Assembly (NCBI GenBank): GCA_903877095.1
Contig: CAIRCP010000080.1
Location: 4,259 to 68,258, forward strand
DNA length: 64,000 nucleotides
Reading direction: 5' to 3'
DNA from: an uncultured Actinomycetes bacterium
Lineage (GTDB): Bacteria; Actinomycetota; Actinomycetes; Mycobacteriales; Mycobacteriaceae
Shown: piece by piece, positions 1-9,439 of the stretch
How positions within the stretch are numbered: the stretch's first letter is position 1
How the letters are laid out: each line of letters starts with the position of its first letter
The notes under the pieces: model-generated
The model's database searches: none
What the model was told of the DNA's origin: nothing
The model's input: only the letters and a program-made list of their open reading frames with translations
Translations under genes and position numbers: made by a program

Positions 1-974
1 TCGACGACCAGCCGGGGCGTCGGCAGGCCGACGAGGGCGGACTCGTTGCGCACGATCGAGGTCAGTTTGGCGGCCAGATCGGCGACCGGTGGCGGATCAT
101 CCTGGGGCACATAGGAAATGCCCAGCCCTCCCCCGAGATCGACAGTGCCGATCTGTGCGGTCTTCTCGACCCCGAATTCCGCGACGACATCGCGCAGCAG
201 GCCGATGACCCGTCGCGCGGCCAGTTCGAAGCCGCCGACATCGAAGATCTGCGAACCGATGTGGCTGTGCAGGCCGATCAAGCGCAGGTTCGGCGCGGTG
301 AAGACCCGGCGGATGGCCGCCAAGGCGACGCCGGATGCCAGCGACAGACCGAACTTCTGATCCTCGTGGGCCGTCGCGATGTACTCGTGGGTGTGGGCTT
401 CCACCCCGACGGTGACCCGCACCATGACGTCCTGCACCACACCGGCCTCGCCGGCGACGGCATCAAGGCGATCGATCTCGGTCATCGAGTCCAGGACGAC
501 ATAGCCGACACCGGCTTGGACGGCGGCGGCGAGTTCGTCGACGGATTTGTTGTTGCCGTGCAGGGCAATCCGTTCGGCGGGAAAACCCGCGTGCAGGGCG
601 ACGGCAAGCTCGCCGCCGCTGGCGACGTCGAGGGACAGGCCTTCCTCGGCGATCCACCGGGCGATCTCGCCGCACAGGAACGCCTTCGCGGCGTAGTTCA
701 CGTTCTCCCCGCCGCCGAAGGCGGCCGCCATCTCGTGGCAGCGGCTGCGGAAGTCGTCTTCATCGATGACGAAAAGCGGTGTGCCGTAATCGCCGGTCAG
801 TGTCGTCACCGGAACACCGGCGACCCGCACCACCCCGTCGTCGCCTCGAACGAGGTTGCGCGGCCACACCCGCGGTGAGAGATCGAGCAACTCAGCGGTG
901 CTGGTCGGCCTCGCGGGCGCATCGCCGTGGTGGATCTCCTCGGCGTGCCGGGGTCCGGCAGGATGAACGCTCAC
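1..974 (-). CDS. lysA: diaminopimelate decarboxylase (3' end runs off the window)
   Basis: My reverse translation from GTG at 974 gives [54 protein letters not shown], typical of PLP-dependent LysA. GTGA overlap with the argS stop. Absent from the ORF track because the frame stays open to the window edge. The argS-lysA order matches mycobacteria. Confidence 0.9.
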   Translation of the reverse strand, partial: MSVHPAGPRHAEEIHHGDAPARPTSTAELLDLSPRVWPRNLVRGDDGVVRVAGVPVTTLTGDYGTPLFVIDEDDFRSRCHEMAAAFGGGENVNYAAKAFLCGEIARWIAEEGLSLDVASGGELAVALHAGFPAERIALHGNNKSVDELAAAVQAGVGYVVLDSMTEIDRLDAVAGEAGVVQDVMVRVTVGVEAHTHEYIATAHEDQKFGLSLASGVALAAIRRVFTAPNLRLIGLHSHIGSQIFDVGGFELAARRVIGLLRDVVAEFGVEKTAQIGTVDLGGGLGISYVPQDDPPPVADLAAKLTSIVRNESALVGLPTPRLVV

Positions 975-2623
975 ATCCGCTCCGGAGCGCTAACACCAAG
1001 GATGCCAAGGCCATTGGCGATCACCTGGCGGGTGGCCTCGCACAGCGCCAGGCGGGCGCGATGCAGATCGCCGACCTCTTCATCGCCCTGCGGCAGCACC
1101 CGGCACGAGTCGTAGAAGCGGTGGTAGTCACCGGCGAGGTCTTCGAGGTAGCGGCACACCCGGTGCGGTTCCCGCAGGGCGGCCGCCGATTGCAGAACCC
1201 GGGGGAACTCACCGAGATTGCGGATCAGCGTGCCCTCTTTGTCATGGACGAGCAGATCAAGGTGCGCGGCGTCGGGGGTGACGCCGAGGTCGGCGGCGTT
1301 GCGGGCCAGCGCGCACAGCCGGGCATGAGCGTATTGCACGTAATAGACCGGGTTTTCACTCGACGCCGATGACCACAGGGCGAGGTCGATGTCGATCGGC
1401 GAGTCCACCGACGAGCGGATCAGCACGTAGCGGGCGGCGTCCACCCCGATAGCCTCGACGAGGTCATCGAGTGTGATGACGGTTCCGGCCCGCTTGCTCA
1501 TCCGCATCGGCTGGCCGTCGCGCACGAGGTTGACCATCTGCCCGATCAGCACCTCGACGGTGTCGGGGTCGTCCCCGAGGGCGGCGGCGGCGGCCTTGAG
1601 TCGGGCGATGTAGCCGTGGTGGTCGGCGCCGAGCATGTAGATGCACAGATCGAATCCGCGCTGGCGCTTGTCGAGGTAGTAGGCGAGGTCACCGGCGATG
1701 TAGGCGGGTTCGCCGTCGCTCTTGATGACCACACGGTCCTTGTCGTCGCCGTAATCCGTTGTGCGCAACCAGGTTGCGCCGTCCTTCTCGTAGATGGCCC
1801 CGTTGGCCCGCAGCTGTGCGATGGCCTGCTCCACCCGACCGCTGGTGTGCATCGAGTCTTCGTGGGTGTAGACGTCGAAGTCGGTGCCGAACTCGTGCAG
1901 CGAGGACTTGATGTGGCCGAACATCAGGTCCACGCCGATCTCCCGGAACGTCTCGCGCATCTGCGCGTCGGGCAGGCTGAGTGCGTCGGGAGCCTTCGCC
2001 AAGACGTCGGCGGCGATGTCGACGATGTAGGCGCCGGCGTAGCCGTCCTCCGGGGTCGGCTCGTTCTTGGCCGCGGCGATCAGCGAGTTGACGAACCGGT
2101 CGATCTGTCCGCCGTGGTCGTTGAAGTAGTACTCGCGGACCACACGGGCGCCCTGGGTGCTCAGCAGCCGGCCGAGTGCGTCACCGACGGCGGCCCACCG
2201 GGTGCCGCCGATATGGATGGGGCCGGTGGGGTTGGCCGAGACGAACTCCAGGTTGATGGAGCGGCCGTCGAGGAGTGTGGAGTTGCCGTAGGTGGTGCCG
2301 GCTGCGGCGATGCTGGCGACGATCCGACCTTGGGCCGAGGCCTCGATGCGCAGGTTGACGAAGCCTGGGCCGGCCACCTCGGCGGAGGCGATGCCGTCGG
2401 CGTCAGTGAGCGCGGCGGCCAGCCACCCGGCCAGCTCGCGGGGATTGGCGCCGACCTTCTTGGCCACCTGCAGCGCCACATTGGTGGCGTAGTCGCCGTG
2501 CTCGGGGTTGCGCGGCCGCTCCACGGTGACCGTCGCCGGCAGCGCGGCCGTATCCAGGCCGTGCTCAGCGAGCACCTTTGCCGCATTAGTGCGCAACAAG
2601 TCGGCGAGGTCGGCGGGGGTCAC
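971..2623 (-). CDS. argS: arginine--tRNA ligase
   Basis: 550-aa ORF with a class I aaRS HIGH-type motif ([11 protein letters not shown]), a KMSKS-type motif (MRMSKRAGT) and an anticodon-binding C-terminus. Length is typical of ArgS. Confidence 0.97.
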   Translation of the reverse strand: MTPADLADLLRTNAAKVLAEHGLDTAALPATVTVERPRNPEHGDYATNVALQVAKKVGANPRELAGWLAAALTDADGIASAEVAGPGFVNLRIEASAQGRIVASIAAAGTTYGNSTLLDGRSINLEFVSANPTGPIHIGGTRWAAVGDALGRLLSTQGARVVREYYFNDHGGQIDRFVNSLIAAAKNEPTPEDGYAGAYIVDIAADVLAKAPDALSLPDAQMRETFREIGVDLMFGHIKSSLHEFGTDFDVYTHEDSMHTSGRVEQAIAQLRANGAIYEKDGATWLRTTDYGDDKDRVVIKSDGEPAYIAGDLAYYLDKRQRGFDLCIYMLGADHHGYIARLKAAAAALGDDPDTVEVLIGQMVNLVRDGQPMRMSKRAGTVITLDDLVEAIGVDAARYVLIRSSVDSPIDIDLALWSSASSENPVYYVQYAHARLCALARNAADLGVTPDAAHLDLLVHDKEGTLIRNLGEFPRVLQSAAALREPHRVCRYLEDLAGDYHRFYDSCRVLPQGDEEVGDLHRARLALCEATRQVIANGLGILGVSAPERM

Positions 2624-2675
2624 GAGGGTTCATCCTATGCGTTACGCTGTGTCAGCCCGACCGGCGCACACGTGC

Positions 2676-2748
2676 GCCCCCGTAGCTCAGGGGATAGAGC
2701 GTCTGCCTCCGGAGCAGAAGGCCGCAGGTTCGAATCCTGCCGGGGGCA
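2676..2748 (+). tRNA. tRNA-Arg (anticodon CCG)
   Basis: Hand-folded cloverleaf: acceptor GCCCCCG/CGGGGGC, D arm GCTC-AGGGGATA-GAGC, anticodon arm TCTGC-CTCCGGA-GCAGA (U33, CCG), 5-nt variable loop, T arm GCAGG-TTCGAAT-CCTGC, discriminator A. CCA is not encoded. Confidence 0.9.
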
Positions 2749-2766
2749 CTTTCGCCCAGATCGCGT

Positions 2767-2919
2767 CTACGCGCGCGCTTCGACCCACCGAATCAACCGC
2801 CGACGCTGCTCGGCGACCCGCTCGGGATGCTGCTCGTCCTGACGCTCGGCAGCGATGGCCTCCTGCCACGCCCGACGCATGTCGGCGTCGCGGAATTGGA
2901 CGGTTGCGGTTCTTGTCAT
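2767..2919 (-). CDS. small hypothetical protein (50 aa), not in the ORF track
   Basis: ATG at 2919 is preceded by AAGGGGTGAGC (SD-like). Product is MTRTATVQFRDADMRRAWQEAIAAERQDEQHPERVAEQRRRLIRWVEARA, ending at TAG 2767-2769. By hand count, 39 of 50 third codon positions are G/C. Confidence 0.35.
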   Translation of the reverse strand: MTRTATVQFRDADMRRAWQEAIAAERQDEQHPERVAEQRRRLIRWVEARA

Positions 2920-2999
2920 GCTCACCCCTTTTGGATGTTTCTCAGCATAACGGGGTGTACGACAAAATTGTTCGAACGAATTCCCCTCGGGGCCAATTA

Positions 3000-3047
3000 C
3001 CGGCGGGGCGACTTATCGGCGGGGCGACTTACCGGCCGGGCGACACG
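3000..3047. repeat. 3 x 16-bp tandem repeat overlapping the stop codon of the 3029..3895 gene
   Basis: CCGGCGGGGCGACTTA (3000-3015), TCGGCGGGGCGACTTA (3016-3031), degenerate CCGGCCGGGCGACACG (3032-3047). Confidence 0.8.
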
Positions 3048-3895
3048 GCCATCGCCTCGGCGGCGGCCAATAGCCGAGCCAGCACCTTCATCGACGCGAT
3101 GTCGGAATCGGTGAATCCCTCGCGTTCCACGGTATTGGCGGTCAGCATCCCAAAGGCCAGGTCATCGGCGCGAACGGCCACCGAGACGAACGACTTGTAC
3201 CGGCGAGGCTTGCTGGCATCCCAGCCGGCCGGAATCTTCGTGTCGGTGTCGTTGCTGAATGCGGCGTCGCCGTCGTCGATCAGCTCCCACACCCCCTGAT
3301 CGGCGCCGAACCCTTCGCGAAACTCGCTGGTGAACATATCCTCGCGGTTGATGGAATCGATATAGGAACCGCACCGCATGACCCGCGGCCGGACATACGG
3401 ATCCTCCACCCGGAAATACGCCGCGCGGGGTGCATCGCTGCGCACCAGATCGCAGACCTTGCTGACAATCGAAGCCCGGAACGCGGCGATTTCCGCCTGC
3501 TTCGACGGACCGCGAAGAGGCGCGAGGCACCGCAATTTCTCGGCAGTGCCGAGCATCGCCCCGTTGATGAGCAGCGATGTCCGCCGCGATTCGGCTTTGA
3601 GAGCCTGCTCCAGGGTGAGTTTTTCACCCTCCTGCTGAGCCTTATAGGCGCGCTCATTGGCGAATTTGTAGAAGCCTAGGACTGCCGTCGTCGCCGCCAG
3701 AAGGTAAGCGGCGTACGGGGCGGCAGCCTTCCATACACCGGCACTGACGCCACTGACCAAAGCGACCGACGCTGCCAGCAGGGCCAGCGTCGTCATCATG
3801 ACGGTGTAGCGGACCGTGCGGTCCTTCACCTTCTTGATCGCCGGTTCGGCCGGAGGTTCCCCCATGGCGGGCAGCATCTCATAGCCCGGCGACAC
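3029..3895 (-). CDS. membrane-anchored protein with GAF-like C-terminal domain (hypothetical)
   Basis: 288-aa ORF. Two hydrophobic helices (TVMMTTLALLAASVALVSGV, AAYLLAATTAVLGFY), a charged linker, then about 170 aa with a GAF-like pattern ending ..FVSVAVRADDLAFGMLTANT..LARLLAAAEA. The function call is weak. Confidence 0.6.
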   Translation of the reverse strand: MSPGYEMLPAMGEPPAEPAIKKVKDRTVRYTVMMTTLALLAASVALVSGVSAGVWKAAAPYAAYLLAATTAVLGFYKFANERAYKAQQEGEKLTLEQALKAESRRTSLLINGAMLGTAEKLRCLAPLRGPSKQAEIAAFRASIVSKVCDLVRSDAPRAAYFRVEDPYVRPRVMRCGSYIDSINREDMFTSEFREGFGADQGVWELIDDGDAAFSNDTDTKIPAGWDASKPRRYKSFVSVAVRADDLAFGMLTANTVEREGFTDSDIASMKVLARLLAAAEAMAVSPGR

Positions 3896-3931
3896 CGCCG
3901 CCCGGCCTCGGCGCGAGGCTATCGCCCGGGT

Positions 3932-4687
3932 TCAGACCCCGAGGTAATCGGACTCGAGAACGAGATCGGGGATCAGGTCCTGGTACTCGACATGCGTGCG
4001 GTGCTCGACGGTCTGCCAGCCACGGCCCTGTTGTTCGCGCATGTAGGCGCGATACTTCGGCGATCCGGGAAAGCCGACGTTGTCGGCCACCACGATCGAG
4101 CCTGGGTGCAGCCAGCCGCGGTCAACGATGGCGAGCAGGTCGGAAAGGTAGGCGTTCTTGTCATGATCGACGAACACGAAATCCAGTGCCCCACCAACCA
4201 CCCCGTGCTCAGCCTGCAACCCATCCAAAGTGCGGCCCCCGTCGCCGATGGTTCCGACGACACACCAGACGCGGTCGGCGACACCCGCGTGTGTCCAGAT
4301 GCGCCGGGCGACGTCAGCGTTGGCAGCCGACAACTCGACCGAAACCACCCGTGCCGAGGGCGCGGCCCGGGCGATCCGTAACGCGCCGTAACCGCAGTAG
4401 GTGCCCAACTCCAACGCCAGGCGAGGATTCGATCGGCGGACCGCCGCGTCGAGCAATTTGCCCTTCTCGTCGCCGACGTTGACCAGAAAGGACTTTTCGT
4501 AGGCGTAGCGGTCGATCGTGGCGAGAGCGTCGTCGATATCGCCAGGGCGGGCGTGCTCCACCACATAGCGGGCGACCGCGGCTTCCCGCCCGTCGCCCAA
4601 CTGGCCTGTCGAGTTGAACTTCCGGATACCGATACCCGCCCGCACCACAGACCACCGCAGCATCGGCAGACGCCGTCGTAGTCCCAT
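3932..4687 (-). CDS. catechol O-methyltransferase-type class I SAM-dependent O-methyltransferase
   Basis: GDIDDALATIDRYAYEKSFLVNVGDEKGKLLDAAV..ALELGTYCGYGALRIA..FVFVDHDKNAYL..VVADNV aligns motif for motif with animal COMT as I remember it (VLELGAYCGYSAVRMA, FLDHWKDRYL, LLADNV). The true start may be the internal Met at 4663. Confidence 0.85.
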   Translation of the reverse strand: MGLRRRLPMLRWSVVRAGIGIRKFNSTGQLGDGREAAVARYVVEHARPGDIDDALATIDRYAYEKSFLVNVGDEKGKLLDAAVRRSNPRLALELGTYCGYGALRIARAAPSARVVSVELSAANADVARRIWTHAGVADRVWCVVGTIGDGGRTLDGLQAEHGVVGGALDFVFVDHDKNAYLSDLLAIVDRGWLHPGSIVVADNVGFPGSPKYRAYMREQQGRGWQTVEHRTHVEYQDLIPDLVLESDYLGV

Positions 4688-4749
4688 GCGGCCACGCTAC
4701 GGGAAAGTGCCGAACCGGAGACATTCCAATAAAGCGTAGGTTCGGTGGA

Positions 4750-5514
4750 GTGTCGTCGCCCGGTAGTTCCAAGCAGTCAGCCGGCAGGACCTTCATCGCG
4801 CTGAGTTACGGCGCGGTGTGCCACACCGCCTTCCTGCTCGGGGTGGTGACCATGATGGTCGCGATGTTCTTCGGGATGAGCAGATCGCTGGGCAGCGTCC
4901 CCGCACCGTGGTCCTGGGTCGCCAACGCCGCCCTGATTGTTCAGTTCCCGGTCGTGCATTCGATGCTGCTCACCGCCCGCGGCAGGAAACTGCTGGCGCG
5001 GATGGCGCCGTCGGGCACCGGAGCCACGCTGTCCACGACGACCTACGTCGCTGTCGCTGCGCTGCAGGTTTTCGCCCTCTTCGCGTTCTGGTCACCCACC
5101 GGAACGATCTGGTGGCAGGCCGGCGGTACGACGCTGGTCGCGTGGACGGTGGCTTACGTCGCTTCCTGGCTATTGCTCGGCAAGTCGATGTATGACGCCG
5201 GACTGGGCCTGCAGACCGGCACCATCGGGTGGATCGCGCTGCTTCGGGGCAGGAAGCCGGTCTATCCGCCGATGCCCGTGACCGGGCTGTTTCGATTCAC
5301 TCGCCAACCGATCTACGTGGCCTTCGCGCTGACCCTGTGGACCGTTCCGACGTGGACTCCCGACCAACTGATCGTGGCACTCACCTTGACGATGTACTGC
5401 CTGGTCGCGCCGCGCTTCAAGGAGCGTCGCTTCCGGCGGATCTACGGATCGACGTTCGACGAGTACGCCCAACGCGTCCACTACTGGATCCCGTGGTTCA
5501 GGAAACGGCGGTAG
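4750..5514 (+). CDS. polytopic membrane methyltransferase, ICMT/PEMT/MddA-like family
   Basis: 254 aa with several hydrophobic helices. C-terminal FRFTRQPIYVAFALTLW..APRFKERRF resembles the RHPxY-type motif region of isoprenylcysteine carboxyl / phospholipid methyltransferase-like proteins. Confidence 0.7.
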   Translation: MSSPGSSKQSAGRTFIALSYGAVCHTAFLLGVVTMMVAMFFGMSRSLGSVPAPWSWVANAALIVQFPVVHSMLLTARGRKLLARMAPSGTGATLSTTTYVAVAALQVFALFAFWSPTGTIWWQAGGTTLVAWTVAYVASWLLLGKSMYDAGLGLQTGTIGWIALLRGRKPVYPPMPVTGLFRFTRQPIYVAFALTLWTVPTWTPDQLIVALTLTMYCLVAPRFKERRFRRIYGSTFDEYAQRVHYWIPWFRKRR

Positions 5515-5548
5515 AGACGCGGACATCTCGGGCACGCCGGCCCACCGG

Positions 5549-6207
5549 CTAGATCCTGCGGTTGGTCACCACACCGGTCATCGCCTGTACCGACGGTGCC
5601 ACCGCGATCCCCGGATCGCAATCGGGCGCACGCAAGGGCTCGCCGTAGGTCATCTCGATCGGCACCACCCCGGCCCAGCCGCCGGCGGCGACGTCGTCGG
5701 CGTCGTCGTCGGGCCATCCGGCGGACACCTTGAGTGACCAGTTGTCGTCGGTGATCGGCATGGTGAGCACCAGGGTGGCGGCCAGTTCCTTGGCGGTACT
5801 CCCCCGCAGTTCGGCGGACCGTCCGGGGATGAAGGTGTCCACAATCGCCGTCAGATACTCGTCTTTCGCGTCGGCGCCGACAGTGGCGAAACTGCCGAAC
5901 ACCACCGCGCTGCGGTAGCGGAAAGACGACTCGAAGCCGCTGCGCGCGACACGACGCCGTCGAGTGCGGTGACGCATGCCGACGCAGGGGCGCCGCCGGC
6001 GAGTTCGCGCAGCCACGGCGATCCAGTGGAGCCGTGGATCACCAGTTCGTCGCCGATGCGGGCGAAGCCAATCGGCAGCGCCACGGGATGGCCGTCGCGG
6101 ACGAAGGCGATGGTGACCAGCGGGGTGCTGTCGAGCAGGGCCTCGAGGTGGTCCCGCTGATGAATCTGCTTCTCCCGCAGGCGGGAAACCTCGGTCGACG
6201 GCTCCAT
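5549..6207 (-). pseudogene. pyridoxamine 5'-phosphate oxidase-family flavoprotein, frameshifted
   Basis: The N-terminal half (6207 downward: ..LVTIAFVRDGHPVALPIGFARIGDELVIHGS..CVTALDGVV) and the C-terminal half (ARSGFESSFRYRSAVVFG..PGRSAELR..WAGVVP) lie in different frames. They join around 5943-5957, consistent with a 1-nt loss. Confidence 0.75.
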
Positions 6208-7364
6208 CAGCCGACCCGCCGCAACGCCGCCGGGTTCAGATCCTTCAGCGTGGGATAGCCGTCGATGGCCATGATGAGGTCCGCTTCGGCGAGCATGGAC
6301 CGCAGGACGTGCACGATCCCATCGGTTCCAGCCAGAGCGGCCCCGTAGGCGTAGGGACGGCCGATGCCGACCGCGCGAGCCCCCAGTGCCAGGGCTTTGA
6401 CAACGTCAGCGCCGGAACGGATTCCGGAGTCGAACAGCACCGGCACGTCACCGGAGGCCGCCACCACGTCGGGCAGGCAGTCGATGGCCGGCAGGCCGCC
6501 GTTGGCCTGGCGGCCGCCATGGTTGGAGCAGTAGATCCCGTCGACGCCGGCGTCGATCGCCCGGCGGGCGTCGTCGGGGTGGCAGATGCCCTTGAGGATG
6601 AGCGGCAGCTTCGTGATGGACCGAAGCCAGTGCAGGTCGTTCCACGTCAGGGAGTTGCCGAAGACGCTGACCCAGTGCGGGACGGCGTTGCGCGGATCGC
6701 TGAGATCGGCGTCCACTTTGGCCCGGAAGTGCGGGTCGCTGATGTAGTTGGCCAGGCACAGTCCGCGCAGTTGCGGGAAGTTCGCCGTCGACAGGTCACG
6801 CGGCCGCCAGCCCGGCACCCAGGTGTCCAGCGTCACCACGATGCCGGTGTAGCCGGCCGCCTCGGCGCGATCGACCAGACTCTCCGCCAGTTCTCGGTCG
6901 GTGGGCGCATAGAGCTGGAAAAGCCCTGGGGTGTCGCCGAATTGGGCGGCGACGTCTTCGAGTGGATCCATGGTCAGGGTGGACACGCACATCGGCACGC
7001 CGGTCTTGGCTGCGGCGCGGGCGGCGGCCAGGTCGCCGTGCCGGTCGGGGGTGCACAGGCCGATGACGCCGATGGGCGCCATGAACACCGGCGCGGGCCA
7101 ACGCCGGCCCCAGAGTTCCACAGAAAGGTCGCGTTCGGTGGCGCCGACGAGCATCCGCGGGATAAGTCCCCAGCGGTTGAAGCCGTCGGCGTTGGTGCGC
7201 TGGGTCAGCTCGTCACCGGCCCCGCCGGCCACATACGACCAGATCGACGGCGACATCGCCTGCTGCGCGCGGGATTCCAACTCCGCGAACGACATCGGCA
7301 GACTCGGCAGCACACCGGCCAAACCCTGGAAGTAGATCTCGATCTGATAATCGCCGAAACTCAT
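6207..7364 (-). CDS. lactate 2-monooxygenase (FMN-dependent alpha-hydroxy-acid oxidase family)
   Basis: 385 aa. Near-colinear with my recollection of the M. smegmatis lactate 2-monooxygenase (..[64 protein letters not shown]..). ATGA overlaps at both ends. Confidence 0.9.
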   Translation of the reverse strand: MSFGDYQIEIYFQGLAGVLPSLPMSFAELESRAQQAMSPSIWSYVAGGAGDELTQRTNADGFNRWGLIPRMLVGATERDLSVELWGRRWPAPVFMAPIGVIGLCTPDRHGDLAAARAAAKTGVPMCVSTLTMDPLEDVAAQFGDTPGLFQLYAPTDRELAESLVDRAEAAGYTGIVVTLDTWVPGWRPRDLSTANFPQLRGLCLANYISDPHFRAKVDADLSDPRNAVPHWVSVFGNSLTWNDLHWLRSITKLPLILKGICHPDDARRAIDAGVDGIYCSNHGGRQANGGLPAIDCLPDVVAASGDVPVLFDSGIRSGADVVKALALGARAVGIGRPYAYGAALAGTDGIVHVLRSMLAEADLIMAIDGYPTLKDLNPAALRRVG

Positions 7365-8311
7365 GATTCCGATCTCCTTGTTGCAGAAGCGAATTCCGCG
7401 GTGACCTCAGCCGCCCGCCGCAGCTGGTCGAGGTCCGAACTGGTCGGGATCAGATGCACCTCGCTGGTGCCGATCTCGGCGAAGCCGCGCAGGACGTCGG
7501 CCAGTTGCTCCTCGGTGCCGGCGAATCCGGTGTGCGGGGCCATGGCGTCGACGATCTGCGCGGGAATCCAGTTCATGTAGTGGCGCAGGTGCCGGTGCAT
7601 CTGCGCCCGGGCGTCCTCAGGGTCGCCGAGGGCGAACCAGAACGAGGTGGCCAGGTGCGGGGCCGGCTTGCCGGCCCGCGCCCAGGCGCCGCGCCCCACC
7701 TCGAACAGGTCATTCTGTTGGGCCACATCAAGATTCAGCGTGATGCCGGCCAGGCCGTCGGCCCAGGTGGCGGCGCTGCGCAGTGTCTTGGGCCCGACGG
7801 TGCCGACGAGCAGCCGCGGGCCGCCCGGCTGTGCGGGCGACGGGCCGACGGGAAGGACGGATTCGGTGAGTTTCTCACCGGCCCACACCCTCTTCATGAC
7901 CGCGACCCGCTCGGCCATGTCCCGGATGGTCTGGGTGGACGGGTCGGCACCGACGGCCAGGTAGTCCTCGTGGCGTCCCCCGACGCCGACGCCGACCGTC
8001 AGCCGGCCACCGCTCAGGACGTCGCCGGTGGCCAGCGATTTGGCCAGCAGCACCGGATCGTGGAGTTGGGGAACGACGACGGTGGTGACCAGCGGCACCC
8101 GCTCGGTCCAGGCGGCCAGGGCGCCGAGCAGCGTGACGACCTCCGGATTGTCGAAGGCGATGCGCTCGCCCCAGCACAGCGAGGCGAACGGGCCCTCGTC
8201 GATGCCGCGGGCCCACTGCCGCAGGATGCCCGCGTCGAGGTCGGGCTCCATCACCGGCATGGTCATACCTATCTGCACGATCGCGATTGTGGCACGGCAG
8301 GCGACAGCCAA
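7361..8311 (-). CDS. LLM-class (luciferase-like) flavin/F420-dependent oxidoreductase
   Basis: A 316-aa maximal ORF with a typical LLM N-terminus ([11 protein letters not shown]..) and a TIM-barrel family pattern. The real start is probably GTG 8278 or ATG 8266 rather than TTG 8311. Confidence 0.8.
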   Translation of the reverse strand: MAVACRATIAIVQIGMTMPVMEPDLDAGILRQWARGIDEGPFASLCWGERIAFDNPEVVTLLGALAAWTERVPLVTTVVVPQLHDPVLLAKSLATGDVLSGGRLTVGVGVGGRHEDYLAVGADPSTQTIRDMAERVAVMKRVWAGEKLTESVLPVGPSPAQPGGPRLLVGTVGPKTLRSAATWADGLAGITLNLDVAQQNDLFEVGRGAWARAGKPAPHLATSFWFALGDPEDARAQMHRHLRHYMNWIPAQIVDAMAPHTGFAGTEEQLADVLRGFAEIGTSEVHLIPTSSDLDQLRRAAEVTAEFASATRRSES

Positions 8312-8314
8312 CGG

Positions 8315-9439
8315 CTACCGGACGGGATCCTTGTGCGGGCGCACCGGGCCGGCGTTCGGCGGCGGCTTGAGCAGGGTGCCTCCGACGGTGCCGCGCGTGG
8401 TGCGGATCGCGACCAGCAGCCAGGTGGAAAGCAGACCGGCGTAGGCGATCACGGCGGCCACCCGGAACGCGGGCAGGCCGGTGTGCGCGGCCAGCTGGGT
8501 GGTGCCGGTGACGAACGTTCCGACCGGGAAGGTCAGGCTCCACCACGTCAGCGCGAACGGCATGCCGCGACGCAGGGTCCGCACGGTGAGCGAGGTCGCG
8601 AGTGCGATCCAGAGCACGGCGAAACCCCATACCGGAACGCCGTAGAGGATCGCGAAGGAGTTCATCGCGCCGGCGATCGACGGCTCCACCGCCGAGGCCG
8701 CCTCACGCCCGAGAAGCCCTGCGGCCGTGATGGATTGCCCCAGCGGCCCAAGAACGATCCACAGGGTGGGAACCCGCGCTGTACCCGAGGTCCCGTACAG
8801 CGCGAGCCGACTCCAGATCATCGAGATGATGATGAGTGCTGCCAGCAGCGACAGCCCGAACATGGCCCAGCAGCCGTAGAGCAGGGTTTGCCGCCAGACC
8901 CCCGCTCGGGCGTGCGGAATCAGCAGCGCCCCGGTGGCGGCGGCGACCATCGGCGGCACGATCGGCATGAGCCAACCGCCGAATGCGGCGTCCGGTTCCA
9001 CCTCGTGCTGGGTGAACATCAGATACGGGATGCTGACGGCGGTGAACAGACCGCCGACAGTTCCGGCGGCCCACAGCAGCCAGGCCAGGCCGATGGCGGC
9101 GTGGTCGCCGATGACCTGGCCGCCGACCAGCACCGCGCCGGTCCCTACCGTCAGCAACGCCATCGGGGCCGCGCCGTAGAAGTGCGCCATCTGCGGATTG
9201 CGGGCGTGGCCGCGCGCCACCGTCGGATTGCGTAACCAGTGGCCGCCCACGATAACCAGCAGTCCGGTCAGCAGCACCGCGGCAGCCACCCACACCGCAC
9301 GCGTAAAGATATGCATGCCAGGCACATCCACCGGCAGCGTGGCGCCGGCGTTGGCGACGATCCCGGTCCCCATGACCGAGGCGAACCAGTTCGGCCCAAT
9401 GTTGCCCAGCCACTTGCGGTCAGCTGCTGCGACGCCCAC
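8315..9439 (-). CDS. TDT-family (TehA/Mae1/Ssu1-type) anion transporter
   Basis: About 10 hydrophobic helices. N-terminal [13 protein letters not shown] and C-terminal [10 protein letters not shown] are typical of the tellurite-resistance/dicarboxylate transporter family. I chose the GTG at 9439 because it is preceded by AGGAGAG. The maximal ORF (start 9484) would overlap rrf2 by 65 nt. Confidence 0.8.
   Translation of the reverse strand: MGVAAADRKWLGNIGPNWFASVMGTGIVANAGATLPVDVPGMHIFTRAVWVAAAVLLTGLLVIVGGHWLRNPTVARGHARNPQMAHFYGAAPMALLTVGTGAVLVGGQVIGDHAAIGLAWLLWAAGTVGGLFTAVSIPYLMFTQHEVEPDAAFGGWLMPIVPPMVAAATGALLIPHARAGVWRQTLLYGCWAMFGLSLLAALIIISMIWSRLALYGTSGTARVPTLWIVLGPLGQSITAAGLLGREAASAVEPSIAGAMNSFAILYGVPVWGFAVLWIALATSLTVRTLRRGMPFALTWWSLTFPVGTFVTGTTQLAAHTGLPAFRVAAVIAYAGLLSTWLLVAIRTTRGTVGGTLLKPPPNAGPVRPHKDPVR

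Noticed and set aside
1616-2842. 408-aa plus-strand ORF antisense to argS. The same class includes 7454..9235, 11187..12530, 14124..15353, 16999..18396, 17921..19315, 36319..37209, 44921..46546, 52425..53624, 56275..58638 and 58744..59739.
   Set aside because: These are shadow ORFs typical of high-GC DNA. Their translations are Arg/Gly/Ala/Pro-rich with no family motifs, and each lies opposite a gene with clear family signatures.
2676-5600. Possible integrative element or prophage remnant at tRNA-Arg.
   Set aside because: There is no integrase, excisionase or phage-like gene, and I could not spot a direct repeat of the tRNA 3' end downstream by eye. The block is variable but not demonstrably mobile.
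5481-5717. 78-aa ORF with an RRRRRRRRRR run.
   Set aside because: It is antisense to or overlapping the PNPOx C-terminal coding region. The poly-Arg arises from a GC-rich antisense frame.
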